Assembly: GCA_963678065.2 (NCBI GenBank)
Contig: CAXXVZ010000003.1
Coordinates: forward strand, 800,001-864,000
Length of the DNA: 64,000 bases
Reading direction: 5' to 3'
Source of the DNA: Treponemataceae bacterium
GTDB lineage: Bacteria; Spirochaetota; Spirochaetia; Treponematales; Rectinemataceae
Shown here piece by piece: positions 30,098 to 38,731 of the stretch. The notes under the pieces are model-generated. The model did no database searches and was not told where the DNA came from. It saw only the letters and a list, made by a program, of their open reading frames with translations. The position numbers and the translations under genes are program-made. How positions within the stretch are numbered: the first letter of the stretch is position 1; every line of letters starts with the position of its first letter.

Positions 30098-31255
30098 GTG
30101 TTTACACCGCTTCTGGAACTCGTGTGCGAGATCGACGAGTACGTGTCGCTAGTGTGGACGTCGTCCTTCGCCGAGGCGGGGGATTTCCGGATCGCGATGC
30201 GGCGGGGATCGCTGTGGGCGTGCGAGCTTAAAAGGGGTCGGATTCTCATTCCGGTGGGAGACGAAACGCATTGCGGGATTGTCACGGAGCTGCGGTTAAC
30301 GATGGCGGGCGGGTCGGTGGGGTCGGAGCGGGTGACGGCGATCGGGTATGAGCTTGTGCATATTCTGTCGTGGCGGCGGGTATTGCCGACGGCGGGCTGT
30401 GCGCGGTACGAGCATGCCGGCGCTGCGGAGACGGTATTGAAGACATTGGTGGCGAGTCAGTGCGGGGCGTACGCCCTCCCCGCTTCACGGCGGTTTGACC
30501 GGGCTTCGGGGAGCTGTGCGGATCTCGTGGTGGCGCCTGATGAGGGTCGAGGGGATGCGTACCTGGTTTCGTCGCGCTTTGCGACGGTTCTGGCGGAGGT
30601 GGAGCGCTGTGCCTGGACGACGGGGGCAGGGCCGGCGATCAGGGTGGACGTGCGAGAACGGCGATTTGTCTTTGATGTGCGTTTCGGAACGGACAGGCGG
30701 GAGGGTCAGTGCGCGAATCCGCGTGCTCTCTTCGCAGCTGCCTTTGATACCCTCTCGGATGCTGAGTTGCGAAGGTCGGATCTTCTGTGGCGGAATTGTA
30801 TCATCGTGGGGGGATCGGGGAGCGGAGCCGGGCGCCTTGTCGCGACGGTGTTTGCGGGGGAGGAACCATGCGGGATGGACAGGCGGGAGGAGTTTCTGGA
30901 TGCCCGAGAGCTCGGGACGGAGGCGGAGCTGCGTGCGCGGGCTCGGACGCGGCTTCTGGAATGCGGGTGCGAGGATTTCTTTGAGGCGTCGGCACCAGCG
31001 TCGGCAGCGCCTGCTTTGCCGGCAAATCAGGCGGCGGGGTTGGTGTACGGGGTCGACTATGCTTTGGGGGACCTTGTGACGGTCCGGGCGTTTGGCGAGA
31101 CGCGCGATGCGCGGATCACGAGTGTAACGGAGTGCCGCTACGCGGGCGGCTGTGATTTCCGGCTCGGTTTTGACCGACCGTACCCGGAATTGTCCTGGCT
31201 GACGGCCCGGTATCGGCAGGACACCGAGGCGATTCTCAACACGGCTGAGGGATGA
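30098..31255 (+). CDS. Siphovirus Tal-like/Gp37-like minor tail protein
   Basis: IDEYVSLVW, GGSGSGAGR, RREEFLDAR, YGVDYALGDLVTV. Confidence 0.75.
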   Translation: MFTPLLELVCEIDEYVSLVWTSSFAEAGDFRIAMRRGSLWACELKRGRILIPVGDETHCGIVTELRLTMAGGSVGSERVTAIGYELVHILSWRRVLPTAGCARYEHAGAAETVLKTLVASQCGAYALPASRRFDRASGSCADLVVAPDEGRGDAYLVSSRFATVLAEVERCAWTTGAGPAIRVDVRERRFVFDVRFGTDRREGQCANPRALFAAAFDTLSDAELRRSDLLWRNCIIVGGSGSGAGRLVATVFAGEEPCGMDRREEFLDARELGTEAELRARARTRLLECGCEDFFEASAPASAAPALPANQAAGLVYGVDYALGDLVTVRAFGETRDARITSVTECRYAGGCDFRLGFDRPYPELSWLTARYRQDTEAILNTAEG

Positions 31256-31264
31256 AGGGGGGCG

Positions 31265-31612
31265 ATGGAAAATCTCGTGGCGACGTTCGCGGATGCAGCG
31301 ATCGCTCTCGTGGCGACAGCGATCGCGGGTCTCGTGTGGCTGAATCTGAAGTGGCTGTTCGCGTCCAAGAAGACGATGGAGCTCGTGCTGGCCGAGTCCC
31401 GTGCGAACGGGCGGAGTATCCGGACGCTGTTCCGGTTGCAGGGCTCGCAACTTGCGAGCTTGAAGGCGAGTCTTGAGGCGCAGAGGGATGGCGAGTGCAA
31501 CGGGAATGTGATGCACGCGCTTTCTTCCATAGAAGAGGCACAAGGGATCTACGACGAGCACCTTCTGTCCATGCTCGGGCATGAGGATGAGAAGAAGGAG
31601 CGGGCGGCGTGA
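31265..31612 (+). CDS. Small membrane protein of the lysis region (holin-like)
   Basis: N-terminal TM helix plus coiled coil, CNGNV motif; precedes the endolysin. Confidence 0.55.
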   Translation: MENLVATFADAAIALVATAIAGLVWLNLKWLFASKKTMELVLAESRANGRSIRTLFRLQGSQLASLKASLEAQRDGECNGNVMHALSSIEEAQGIYDEHLLSMLGHEDEKKERAA

Positions 31613-31646
31613 TTCTTCGGCATCAAAAAGAGGGAGGAAAAAGAGC

Positions 31647-32204
31647 TTGATGCCGGTGAAAGGTGGACGGGTGACGGCGGGCTTTCGCGACGCGCGGCCA
31701 CTTTCGAATCCTGGGGAACATATCCACGGGGCGCTCGATATCGCGGGGGGTGAGGGGATCATACGGGCGCCGTGTTCCGGGGCAGCACGGGGATACGCGA
31801 TTTTCCGGCGAGAGGGTTTTTCCTTTGGTCCCGGCGAGAAGGCGGAGATTCTCGGGCTACCGTTTGCGCACTACTACGAGGATATTTTCGGGGCATTCGT
31901 CGCAATCGAGGAGTCTGGATCAAGGCGATTGCATCTTCTGTGCCATATCTGGCCGGCGGCGATTCTGAATGTGTCGACGCGACGTCCGTTTTCGTTCGAT
32001 GGCTACATCGAATCGGCGAGCACAGAGCGGTTTTCCGCCCACATTCTTGTGACGACAAAGCGGGATGTGGTCGAGGGCGAGGTGCTCGCTCCAGTGGGGA
32101 ATGCGGGATTCTCGACGGGGGTGCACGTCCACTGGGAGATCCACCGGCAGTGCGGGCAGCTCGATCCATACGAAAAGCGGATCAATCCAGAGGACTACAT
32201 TTGA
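31647..32204 (+). CDS. M23 peptidase endolysin
   Basis: HGALD and GNAGFSTGVHVHWEI motifs; GGAGG RBS. Confidence 0.8.
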   Translation: MMPVKGGRVTAGFRDARPLSNPGEHIHGALDIAGGEGIIRAPCSGAARGYAIFRREGFSFGPGEKAEILGLPFAHYYEDIFGAFVAIEESGSRRLHLLCHIWPAAILNVSTRRPFSFDGYIESASTERFSAHILVTTKRDVVEGEVLAPVGNAGFSTGVHVHWEIHRQCGQLDPYEKRINPEDYI

Positions 32205-32455
32205 AGAAGCCGAACGCGTTTCAGGAGAACTCGGGCGCGACGTCGATGCGGCGAGTGCTGGCGCTCGGGTGCTTTGTCGAGCAGGCGTATCTGTACTACG
32301 AGTGCGCGAGGACGGGGGCAATGAGCGCGCTGTATGCGGGGATGGCCTGTGAGGTTGGGATGCTGATTCTGTTGTTCTTTACGACCTGGGAGGATTTGAA
32401 GGGGCTTGTGGAGGCGGTGAAGAGTTTGAAGGGGCGTGGTGGCGATCAGGAGTGA
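32201..32455 (+). CDS. Putative holin (two TM segments)
   Basis: TTGA coupling to the endolysin; SMRRVLALG..; two hydrophobic helices. Confidence 0.6.
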   Translation: MKKPNAFQENSGATSMRRVLALGCFVEQAYLYYECARTGAMSALYAGMACEVGMLILLFFTTWEDLKGLVEAVKSLKGRGGDQE

Positions 32456-32469
32456 TGAAGGGAGTGGGA

Positions 32470-33051
32470 ATGTGGAGAAGAATCGGGTGTGGTTTGTGCT
32501 TGGCGCTTGTGGGGCTCTGTCCCTCATTCTCGCAGGAGTCTATTTCGCAGGCCGAAGCGTCGCAGCCGATGCAGACAGACGAGTACTTGAAGGAGAGTTT
32601 GGTCGACTTGCAGCGGATCTTTCGGGCCTTGGAGACGAACTCAGGGACTATGAAGAGGCCCGTCGGGAGTCTGTCCTTCAGCTTGCCGGAGCTGTCGAGA
32701 AGTTGGAGGGAAACGTCGCAGCGGCTGGAGATGCTCTCGGGCTCGTTCGGGAGAATCGAGAGGATATCGTCCGACTTGGACACGAGCTCGCAGAGGCTCG
32801 AGGGATCCTTGATGGGCTTGCAGGCGGATTTGTCCGGGATCAGGAGCGTCTTGCTCTCGGTATCCGGGATGTTGCAGAGATCGGAAGAATCGACTCAGAA
32901 AATGAGGAGCTTGCTCGACGCGGCAGCGAGAGAGTCAGGGAAGTTGCGGAACGATGTGGAATCAACCTTCCGGAGGCAGAGGATTGAGGTGTGGATTTTA
33001 TGGGGACTTGTGGGGATGTTGGTCGTGGAGAGAGTGCGATCCTTGCTGTGA
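32470..33051 (+). CDS. Spanin-like protein A (N-terminal signal, coiled coil, C-terminal TM)
   Basis: MWRRIGCGLCLALVGLC signal, heptad Ser/Leu-rich middle, VWILWGLVGMLVV TM. Confidence 0.55.
   Translation: MWRRIGCGLCLALVGLCPSFSQESISQAEASQPMQTDEYLKESLVDLQRIFRALETNSGTMKRPVGSLSFSLPELSRSWRETSQRLEMLSGSFGRIERISSDLDTSSQRLEGSLMGLQADLSGIRSVLLSVSGMLQRSEESTQKMRSLLDAAARESGKLRNDVESTFRRQRIEVWILWGLVGMLVVERVRSLL
32472..32987 (+). CDS. Spanin-like protein B (N-terminal TM anchor, coiled coil), embedded out of frame in protein A
   Basis: GTG start; VWFVLGACGALSLILAGVYF TM followed by an acidic coiled coil. Confidence 0.55.
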   Translation: MEKNRVWFVLGACGALSLILAGVYFAGRSVAADADRRVLEGEFGRLAADLSGLGDELRDYEEARRESVLQLAGAVEKLEGNVAAAGDALGLVRENREDIVRLGHELAEARGILDGLAGGFVRDQERLALGIRDVAEIGRIDSENEELARRGSERVREVAERCGINLPEAED

Positions 33052-33145
33052 GCGTGGCGTACGTATACTATGAGCACCAATTGTTATTAACTTAGCATTA
33101 TGTGATATAATAATTAATAATCAGACTGCTACGATAGAGGGAGCC

Positions 33146-33418
33146 ATGAACAGGAAAGATATTCAGGAATTGAGGGTGTATCTGAACTCGCTGAAGCGGC
33201 TCATCGACAAATACGACGACATGAAGAACCGGATCACGTTTCATGAAATCGAAATCAAACTGAATTTCAGGGATGCACGGCAGGGGTCCGAGAGGCTTAT
33301 TGCTGAGATCGAGAAAACGGAGCGAATCATCACAGATTACCTTGAAAAACATCCGAAGCGGAATGACAGGAAAGCTCACCGTTACCTAGAGAAGGTGGGT
33401 GGTACGATACGGGATTAG
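33146..33418 (+). CDS. Hypothetical protein
   Basis: GGGAG RBS, 90 aa helical, AT-rich upstream region. Confidence 0.55.
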   Translation: MNRKDIQELRVYLNSLKRLIDKYDDMKNRITFHEIEIKLNFRDARQGSERLIAEIEKTERIITDYLEKHPKRNDRKAHRYLEKVGGTIRD

Positions 33419-33463
33419 CGTTCGGGATGGTGGGGAACTTACGGGCACTCGGTGTCAGAAATT

Positions 33464-34182
33464 CTACAATCCTTTTCGGGTTTCGCGTGCTTTCCGGTCT
33501 ATATTCCGAAACTCTTCGAGGAAGTGGAAGGGGTACTGGAGGTAGGTGCGGCCAAAACCTTCCTGAAGGATGGCGCGTTGAAGCATGTGCCATCGGGAAG
33601 GTATACGTAGGCGAGAAGGCGTCCGTATTTGTCGCGGAGATCCCAGTCGAAGGCGAGAAGGACTTCCTTTCGGAGAAGTCTGATCTTGGTGAAGTCACTC
33701 GCCTCTTTTCCGAAGACTTGGACTGGTTTGCGGGGATCGACAGTCTCGGGGGTGTCGACTCCGAGGAGGCAGATTGTTTCCTCGGGGTGGATTCCCGGAG
33801 GCGGGTTTGCGATGGTGACGTGGACGGTGTCGTTGTCGACGTGTTTGCTGACGTGGGCGGGGAGCATACAGGAGAGGTCGGCGGTGGACGATGAGGCGAC
33901 TTCTGCGAGATCGACACGGTAGAGGTCCGGGTTTGCGGTCAGTTTTGGAGGTTCCGGCTGAGGGTTCGGTTTGGGCGGACGGCGGACGCTGCAAGGTTTG
34001 AGGTGGCGGGCGATCGCCTCGGTGAGGGGGATCGGGATGGAGGATTTCTTGAGGTAGGCGTAACCGAGGGCGTGGTATTTGGCGCCGAATGTGGTGATGT
34101 AGACGGTGGGATCCTGGGACCAGGCGGATATAATGGAAAGAAAGAGGATGAAAACGAGAGGGAGAGTGCGGAATTTCTTCAC
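33464..34182 (-). pseudogene. Thermonuclease (SNase-like) with signal peptide and Ada-like N-domain, frameshifted
   Basis: VYITTFGAKYH, LLGVDTPET, FGKEASDFTK, RDKYGRLLAYVYL; frameshift near 33575 before ILQEGFGRTY. Confidence 0.75.
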
Positions 34183-34449
34183 TGTGTATTCCGGGGCTGG
34201 GGGCATGGTGTACAGGGAGAACTTGGGTAAGCAGTGGGTTTCAGGTATTCGGGTTGGTTGAATACGATGATGGTTCCCAATAGGCCTATTCCTATGAGAT
34301 GATCTATATGTGATTGTCACCTGTTTCGGGCGCGGGTGAAACGAGAAGGTAATCACGTTCAGCAAACACAAGTGACCATTTAAGGACAGATAGGAATAGA
34401 GTCGAGCACGATTATTCGCTTTTTAGCGAAAACCGGGTTAAAAGAGATC

Positions 34450-35493
34450 ATGAGTCATTATTTATCATATTTTGATTTACTGAAACAATTTGAACAAGAT
34501 ACACCACGTCGATTTTTACCTGTCTCAACAGATTTACCATATGAATGGGTCGATTATGGTGAAGATGAGGGGCGAATTATTACTTCAAGCAATTCCCCCG
34601 CTGCATCACCATATTTGTATAGAGGACAAACAGTTAAAATCACTCCTTGTCTCCCAACACTATTCAGGGGTATGGATTTTGTTAACAGTTTATATGATCT
34701 GAGCATGAAACAAATCTGGGGGTATTATTCGAACAGAGCTAGGATGTTTGAATTTTTTGATATTCTGAGAGAGCATCCGGCAGTCCTGTACTCAAAAAAA
34801 ATAAAATTGCATGTGGATCTAGTGGCAATCGCTCAGCACTACGGATTCAAGACAGAATGCCTGGATATGTCAGAGAGTCCTGCTGTTGCAGGTTTTTTTG
34901 CCACACATGAGTGGCAAGGCAACAGGTATTCCCCGCTGTATAAAGGGGTTGGAGTAATTTACCGAATCGAATGGCCTTCCCGAATGAAAACCAAAGCTGA
35001 GGTTCTCACGTGTCCCCTGGAAGTTATTGGTTATCAAGTTATGCCACGGCCAACTGAACAAAAAGCATGGGTCTATAAGCTCAGAATGGGACAGGATTTT
35101 GAAAGGCAAGATGTAGAGATTTTTACTTTCGATCGAGACCATAGCTGTACTTCATACCTAACTGACCTCTTCAATAACGGGGAAGAATTGTTGCCAGAGG
35201 ACGAACTTGCTGGTTTGGCAAACAGTATTATCCATAATCCATTCATTTCTGAAGATCATTTCATCCTCGCAATGCAAAGCGAAGGAGTTCTGGACGATCA
35301 GATACTCAAAACTATCGAGCAGATTAATGCAACAAATCCCACTACGTTGACGGTCAAAAAAAGAAAAACTGTTCGTTTTCAGAAAAAGCATCTTAAAAAA
35401 ATGGAAAAGACATACTCTGAGAAATGCGATTATTTTCTAACTCATGTAGGATTCAGGCCAGTTTTTTCTCCAAATGTTGAAGAAAATATTTGA
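34450..35493 (+). CDS. FRG domain protein
   Basis: LYRGQ, IAQHYGFKTECLDMS, VAGFFA, RPTEQKAW; AT-rich. Confidence 0.8.
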   Translation: MSHYLSYFDLLKQFEQDTPRRFLPVSTDLPYEWVDYGEDEGRIITSSNSPAASPYLYRGQTVKITPCLPTLFRGMDFVNSLYDLSMKQIWGYYSNRARMFEFFDILREHPAVLYSKKIKLHVDLVAIAQHYGFKTECLDMSESPAVAGFFATHEWQGNRYSPLYKGVGVIYRIEWPSRMKTKAEVLTCPLEVIGYQVMPRPTEQKAWVYKLRMGQDFERQDVEIFTFDRDHSCTSYLTDLFNNGEELLPEDELAGLANSIIHNPFISEDHFILAMQSEGVLDDQILKTIEQINATNPTTLTVKKRKTVRFQKKHLKKMEKTYSEKCDYFLTHVGFRPVFSPNVEENI

Positions 35494-35566
35494 TCGGGAA
35501 TGAGTTATCGATATAGCATTGAGCTACTTTTTTAACCCAAAATACTATTCACACAACTTCTGGCTT

Positions 35567-38500
35567 CTATTCCGGATTGCCTTCTCTCGGAAAAACCGGG
35601 GAGCCGGGGGACCAGAGTTCGACCGAGTCGGAGTGTTCGGTGTAGTAGACAGGGTCGGTTGTGATACGAATGGGCTCTTTGAGGCCGGGGCTTGAGTAGG
35701 AGTAGTCTTTGCCGAGGCAGGAGCGGTTTTCGTAGCCGGGAGGGAGGAGGTCGGGGTTCTGAAGGATGGTGTTGAGGAATGGGAGGTCGTAGGCGGGTTT
35801 TGTGGATGCGGGAAGTTCGAAAAGTTCATCGCCGGTTTCGTCGATGTCGAAGGTGGATTTTTCCTGTTCGAGTACTTCCTGGTAGATGGTGTCATGCATC
35901 TCGTCGCGTCGTTTTTGGCGTTCGGGGCCTTCGGCAAAGGAGACGTCGGTGATGAGTTTGGGGAGTCTGGAGAGGATGGGCTGGAGGCGGCCGACGAAGT
36001 TCTCGAAGAGGTGAATGCGTTTCCGCAAGGCGATGTAGACGTCTGTCTCGACGGTGTCGGCATAGTGGAGGTTTCGGATGGCGATTTCGGGGTAGCGCTG
36101 GCCGAGGCGGTCGATGCGGCCGATGCGCTGTTCGACACGCATGGGGTTCCAGGGCATGTCGTAATTGATGAGGGCTCCGCAATACTGGAAGTTGAGTCCT
36201 TCGGCGGCGGCGTCGGTGCAGAGGAGAATTTCCGCATCTCCGGCTTTGAAGCGGCGTTTAATGTCTTCACGGCTCACGATGCTCCATGAACCGTCTGTTC
36301 GGCGATATTCGCCTCCGCGGCCGGAAAAGCAGAGTACGCGGAAGCCGCATTCGCTGACGAGGTAGTCGCGCAGGAAGTCGAGGGTATCCGTGAATTGAGT
36401 AAAGACGAGTGTTTGGCGATAGTTCTGGCTTGTGAGATCGAGCAGGATTGTCTTCAGGCGCAGTGCTTTTGTATCGGTGGGAAGGCGCATGACCTGGGCG
36501 AGGAGTTCGTGGAGGGATCCACGTTCTTCACGGAGGAGGACTTGGCGTTCGGAATTGTGCGGGTCCATAAGATCTGCTATGGCTTGGTCGGTGATTGCTT
36601 CTGGCTCAAGCTCATCATCGTACTCTTCGGATTCAAATGGAAGAACATCTTTTCCGGATATGGCCCGGTCCGATTCGAGGTTCATGAGGCGTTTTTCAAG
36701 TGTTCTCTTGAGGGCTGCGAAGCTTGAGGAGAGGCGTTTGCGGTAGATGGTCATCACGAAGCCGACGGCGGTGCGGGTTTCTTCGGAGGCGTTGTTGTAG
36801 GTGGTCGAGATGTAGTCTTCGACTGCGCTGTACACGTCCCTCTCTTCGTCGGAGAGGGTGATGAAGTCGTCGTGGACGTTGCGTTTGGGAACGGGAGTGG
36901 AAATCATGCCGGCGGCGTAATATTTGCGCAGGAGTTCGCGGGTGTTGCGGGAAACGAGGCGTTTTGTGATGGATTCTCCGCGAAGGATCTTCTTGAAGAG
37001 TCTGCGGTGTGCATTGGTCAACTGGCGGAGGGGGATGATGGAGGGTGCGTGAATGGCATCCATGACGGTGCGGATCGCATACTCGTCACCATTGGCATAC
37101 TTGCGAGCCAGACTGGGTTGATCGGAGGCGCCATAATAGGTTTCAAGGGCGACGAAGAGTGCGGCGGCTTTTCTCATCCGTTCGGGATCGGGGTTGTCTT
37201 CTGCGGTGATGTCGAAATAGTCGAGGAATGAGGACTCTGTCCATTCGGGTGGAACGCCCAGGGTTTTAAGGAGGTCCCAGACTTCGATGGGGCCGACCTG
37301 GAGCGGGGTCGCGGTGAGGAGAAGGAGGCCGTTGGTCCGTGCGGACAATCCGCCGAGGAGGCGGAGCATGCGGTTGGGTTCGTACTTGGGTGAGGTAGCC
37401 CCACCCTTTCGCCTGGCGTGATGGGCTTCGTCGACGACGATGAGATCGTATTTATCGGCCACTTCGAGGAGTTCAGCGCGGTGGTCTTCGCGTCGCATGA
37501 GGTGGTGGGAGACGATGGCAAAGGGTGTCTCGTGCCACGTGTTCCGGCTTACGGTCCGCACGGGCTTTTCCTGGATACCTTCGCGATAGTAGGGAGAATC
37601 GCAGAACGTGAGGGTGGAGCCGTCGTAGATCGGCCAATTGAGGTTGAACTTTTCGCGGAGTTCGAACTGCCATTGCTGGACGACGGAGGCGGGCGCGAGG
37701 ACGATGGCACGTTTGATTTTTCCTGCGAGGATGCCTTGTCTGAGGACGATGCCTGCCTGGATAGTCTTGCCAAGTCCGACTTCATCCGCAATGAGGAGGC
37801 GGGGTGGCCAATGCTGGTACATTCTGAAGAAGGCCCGGATTTGGTGGGGCCAAAGATCGACGGCACCTGTCGCGGCGGCGACGAAATCTCCGGATGGGCT
37901 TTGTGAAGGAGCTAGTCGTATGAATGTCCATGTTTTGGCTCTCTCGTCATGGGCGGGAACGGGGACAGATTCCGGAGGCGCGGGCGATCTTGTGGCGATA
38001 AGCCCTTTGAGGCGTACAGGCTGTTCGCCGTTTTCAGGAAGATAGTCGCGCAAGCCTTCCAGGAGAGCGGTATGGACATCGTAGACACGGGCTCCGTCAT
38101 CGCGATCGTACCAGAGATCGCCAAAGGATGCTTCCTGGGCGTCGACATGGTCGCGGTCGCCCTCTTTCCATGAGCGGAAGACGTGGAAGCCTTCCCAGTT
38201 CTGGAGCCAGCCAGAAGGGGTTTCGTTGTTGCTACCGGAAAACGCAATACGATCGCCGGTCTTGTCCTCGATGATGCCGCCCTTCTCGTGGAAGATGGGG
38301 CCGGGGGTGGGTTTGCGATTTGTGTCGCAGGGGACTGCGAGGCGGACATCAAGATGGCCGTTGGCGATCATCCAGGTGAGAAACTCGAGGGCCTGACGGT
38401 CTTCATCGTTTGCCGGGGTATAATCGAACATGGCAAGGCTTTTTTCGAGAATGGATCGAAGTTCTTCGCCGCGTTCGATCGCGGCAAGTTCGGCTTCGGC

Positions 38501-38722
38501 GAGGGTCCAGCCTACGATGAGGCGCATCCGGCCGCCGTTGACGACGAGCTGTTCCAGTCCGCGGGATATCAGGTTTAATATTCCCGCCGAGAAATAGCCG
38601 GTGGTCCGGTCATACCGGATGGCAGAGGACAGGGCGGGGAAGTAGAAATCGGCGATGAGTGAATCGGTACTACGCGTGCGTTTGTAGAGCGGCTTCCACT
38701 TTGTATCCTGCAATATCGGCAT
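35567..38722 (-). CDS. PLD-nuclease/SNF2 helicase fusion
   Basis: FHEKGGIIED...FSGSNNET PLD motif; LIADEVGLGKT, DEAHH, TATP, EGLNFQ, PWNPMRVEQRIGRIDR. Confidence 0.9.
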   Translation of the reverse strand: MPILQDTKWKPLYKRTRSTDSLIADFYFPALSSAIRYDRTTGYFSAGILNLISRGLEQLVVNGGRMRLIVGWTLAEAELAAIERGEELRSILEKSLAMFDYTPANDEDRQALEFLTWMIANGHLDVRLAVPCDTNRKPTPGPIFHEKGGIIEDKTGDRIAFSGSNNETPSGWLQNWEGFHVFRSWKEGDRDHVDAQEASFGDLWYDRDDGARVYDVHTALLEGLRDYLPENGEQPVRLKGLIATRSPAPPESVPVPAHDERAKTWTFIRLAPSQSPSGDFVAAATGAVDLWPHQIRAFFRMYQHWPPRLLIADEVGLGKTIQAGIVLRQGILAGKIKRAIVLAPASVVQQWQFELREKFNLNWPIYDGSTLTFCDSPYYREGIQEKPVRTVSRNTWHETPFAIVSHHLMRREDHRAELLEVADKYDLIVVDEAHHARRKGGATSPKYEPNRMLRLLGGLSARTNGLLLLTATPLQVGPIEVWDLLKTLGVPPEWTESSFLDYFDITAEDNPDPERMRKAAALFVALETYYGASDQPSLARKYANGDEYAIRTVMDAIHAPSIIPLRQLTNAHRRLFKKILRGESITKRLVSRNTRELLRKYYAAGMISTPVPKRNVHDDFITLSDEERDVYSAVEDYISTTYNNASEETRTAVGFVMTIYRKRLSSSFAALKRTLEKRLMNLESDRAISGKDVLPFESEEYDDELEPEAITDQAIADLMDPHNSERQVLLREERGSLHELLAQVMRLPTDTKALRLKTILLDLTSQNYRQTLVFTQFTDTLDFLRDYLVSECGFRVLCFSGRGGEYRRTDGSWSIVSREDIKRRFKAGDAEILLCTDAAAEGLNFQYCGALINYDMPWNPMRVEQRIGRIDRLGQRYPEIAIRNLHYADTVETDVYIALRKRIHLFENFVGRLQPILSRLPKLITDVSFAEGPERQKRRDEMHDTIYQEVLEQEKSTFDIDETGDELFELPASTKPAYDLPFLNTILQNPDLLPPGYENRSCLGKDYSYSSPGLKEPIRITTDPVYYTEHSDSVELWSPGSPVFPREGNPE

Positions 38723-38731
38723 GATTGGGCC

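Larger units (their letters stand above)
6219..33418 (+). mobile_element. Defective/streamlined prophage integrated at tRNA-Gly (right boundary uncertain; island continues to window end)
   Basis: Integrase immediately after the tRNA, followed by packaging, head, neck, baseplate and lysis genes all on +. Confidence 0.85.

Noticed and set aside
13945..32340. Diversity-generating retroelement (repeat pair 13945/32201 plus an RT in a prophage)
   Set aside because: Differences between the copies are mostly synonymous and not adenine-specific; the RT has group II intron ends and is pseudogenised
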